From an uncultured cyanobacterium (GTDB taxonomy: Bacteria; Cyanobacteriota; Cyanobacteriia; Phormidesmidales; Phormidesmidaceae), in the NCBI GenBank assembly GCA_963793265.1, contig CAWBZI010000002.1:608001-672000 (forward strand): 64,000 nt of DNA, read 5' to 3'. The notes under the pieces were generated by a model. That model had not been told where the DNA came from. It worked only from the letters and a program-made list of their open reading frames with translations, and searched no databases. Position numbers and translations under genes: made by a program. Positions 63,011 to 64,000 of this stretch are shown in pieces; the first letter of the stretch is position 1, and each line of letters opens with the position of its first letter.

Positions 63011-63019
63011 AGTATTCCC
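63011..63019 (-). promoter_or_regulatory. SigF/SigJ-type promoter element GGGAATACT upstream of cyaB
   Basis: Exact GGGAATACT on the minus strand, about 40 nt before the ATG. Confidence 0.55.
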
Positions 63020-63170
63020 GTTAAGTCCAGCTCGCTTTCCTTTCAGCTCAAGCGATTGTAGGGACATTGGGATCTAGATACTCGGTTATAAAACTGGCAT
63101 TATCTTTGCGTAATTCTTGTCCCGTCAGCTGATGATATTTTAGAAACCGTTGCTCTTAAGAGATAATGCT

Positions 63171-64000
63171 ATGCGTCTTGCTTTTATCAAACGATCTGTT
63201 CCTGTGCTGGTAGCTGTTGCGATCGCAGGCTGTAATTCTGCGCCTGAAAGCACGACCGTAGATTCTGTTGATACTAACAGTACAACTGATACAACAGAAA
63301 TAGACAAAGACTCGAAGGTAGAGGGTGATCGCGCTCAAAAGCCTACAGAGCAGCCTAAGAGCACTCCAAAGTACGTTTCTCCCTCGCTACAGCCCGGCAC
63401 ATACTGCTACGAAACTAGCGATGAGATTGAAGATATTTCGGTGCGATTGGTGGTTGATAGTAGCGATCGCATCACCGGAAACGTACAAGGCACCATCCAC
63501 AACGAAGAAGCCGGTTACTACACAAGCTATCGCCAGGCAGTAACCGGCACTATCGACGGCAGCAACCTCAATGTAGATATTGCAACCTGGATTGAATACG
63601 ACAAGCAAAACGCTCAGGAAACTTGGAGCGCCAGTCCGACAGCACTCACGATGAGAGATGACACGCTTGCTAAAGCGAGCTGTGAGAAGGTGAGCAAAGT
63701 CTTTCAGAACGAAAATGGCTTGGAGGCTAAAGACTTAACACAGAGCGCTAATAATGTGCGAACAGAACAGGTTTACTTTTCTCAAGGAAAGAGTGGAACG
63801 ACGGTGAGCAATGCTGTGGTGAGGGGCGATCGCGATGTGTACGTGCTCACGGCTCAGGGCGGTCAACAGATGGATCTCTCTATCACTTCGCTAGAAGACA
63901 ACGCCGTATTTGATGTTATTGATCCTAGCGGTATTATTTTAGGAACAGAGATGACGAAAGAGACTGTGTTTTTGCCGCATACGGGAGACTATGAAATTAT
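63171..64000 (+). CDS. Putative lipoprotein with C-terminal PPC/PliG-like beta-sandwich; runs off the window end
   Basis: Not in the ORF track. Open frame from ATG 63171: MRLAFIKRSVPVLVAVAIAGC (lipobox) ... VVRGDRDVYVLTAQGGQQMDLSITSLEDNAVFDVIDP. Confidence 0.8.
   Translation, partial: MRLAFIKRSVPVLVAVAIAGCNSAPESTTVDSVDTNSTTDTTEIDKDSKVEGDRAQKPTEQPKSTPKYVSPSLQPGTYCYETSDEIEDISVRLVVDSSDRITGNVQGTIHNEEAGYYTSYRQAVTGTIDGSNLNVDIATWIEYDKQNAQETWSASPTALTMRDDTLAKASCEKVSKVFQNENGLEAKDLTQSANNVRTEQVYFSQGKSGTTVSNAVVRGDRDVYVLTAQGGQQMDLSITSLEDNAVFDVIDPSGIILGTEMTKETVFLPHTGDYEI

Larger units (their letters stand above)
396..63833. repeat. Dispersed HIP1 palindromes (GCGATCGC), about 90 copies
   Basis: Manual count of about 93 exact copies (first 396-403, last 63826-63833); about 1 expected by chance for an 8-mer in 64 kb. 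Confidence 0.97.

Overview
Chromosomal DNA from a cyanobacterium. Evidence: about 90 copies of the HIP1 octamer GCGATCGC counted by eye, plus cikA, sufR-ftrC-sufBCDS, a class II nrdJ, a GAF-GAF-PAS adenylate cyclase and Uma2 genes. A Leptolyngbya/Phormidesmis-like lineage is a guess. Most of the window is housekeeping: nrdJ, hisA, ilvN, suf operon, proS/ybaK, cobN, cbiD, moaA, guaA, rpsD, ftsH, purC-bamA-lpxC-fabZ-lpxA-lpxB, exbBD. Signalling genes include a PAS kinase, a GGDEF protein, an OmpR-family regulator, CikA and CyaB. There is also an NfeD/YqiJ-like gene followed by two flotillins. Small accessory islets comprise tandem Uma2 genes with a TPR gene and a deleted ATPase, a DUF6883/DUF4926-like pair, yefM-yoeB overlapping the start of cbiD, and a higBA-like module with a doubly inactivated toxin. 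I saw no rRNA, tRNA, CRISPR array or transposase. The most striking unexplained signals are not genes: (1) base composition flips from G-rich to C-rich across many HIP1 sites regardless of gene direction; (2) short 12-15 bp tandem duplications recur in intergenic DNA. All product calls come from recognised motifs; no database search was run.
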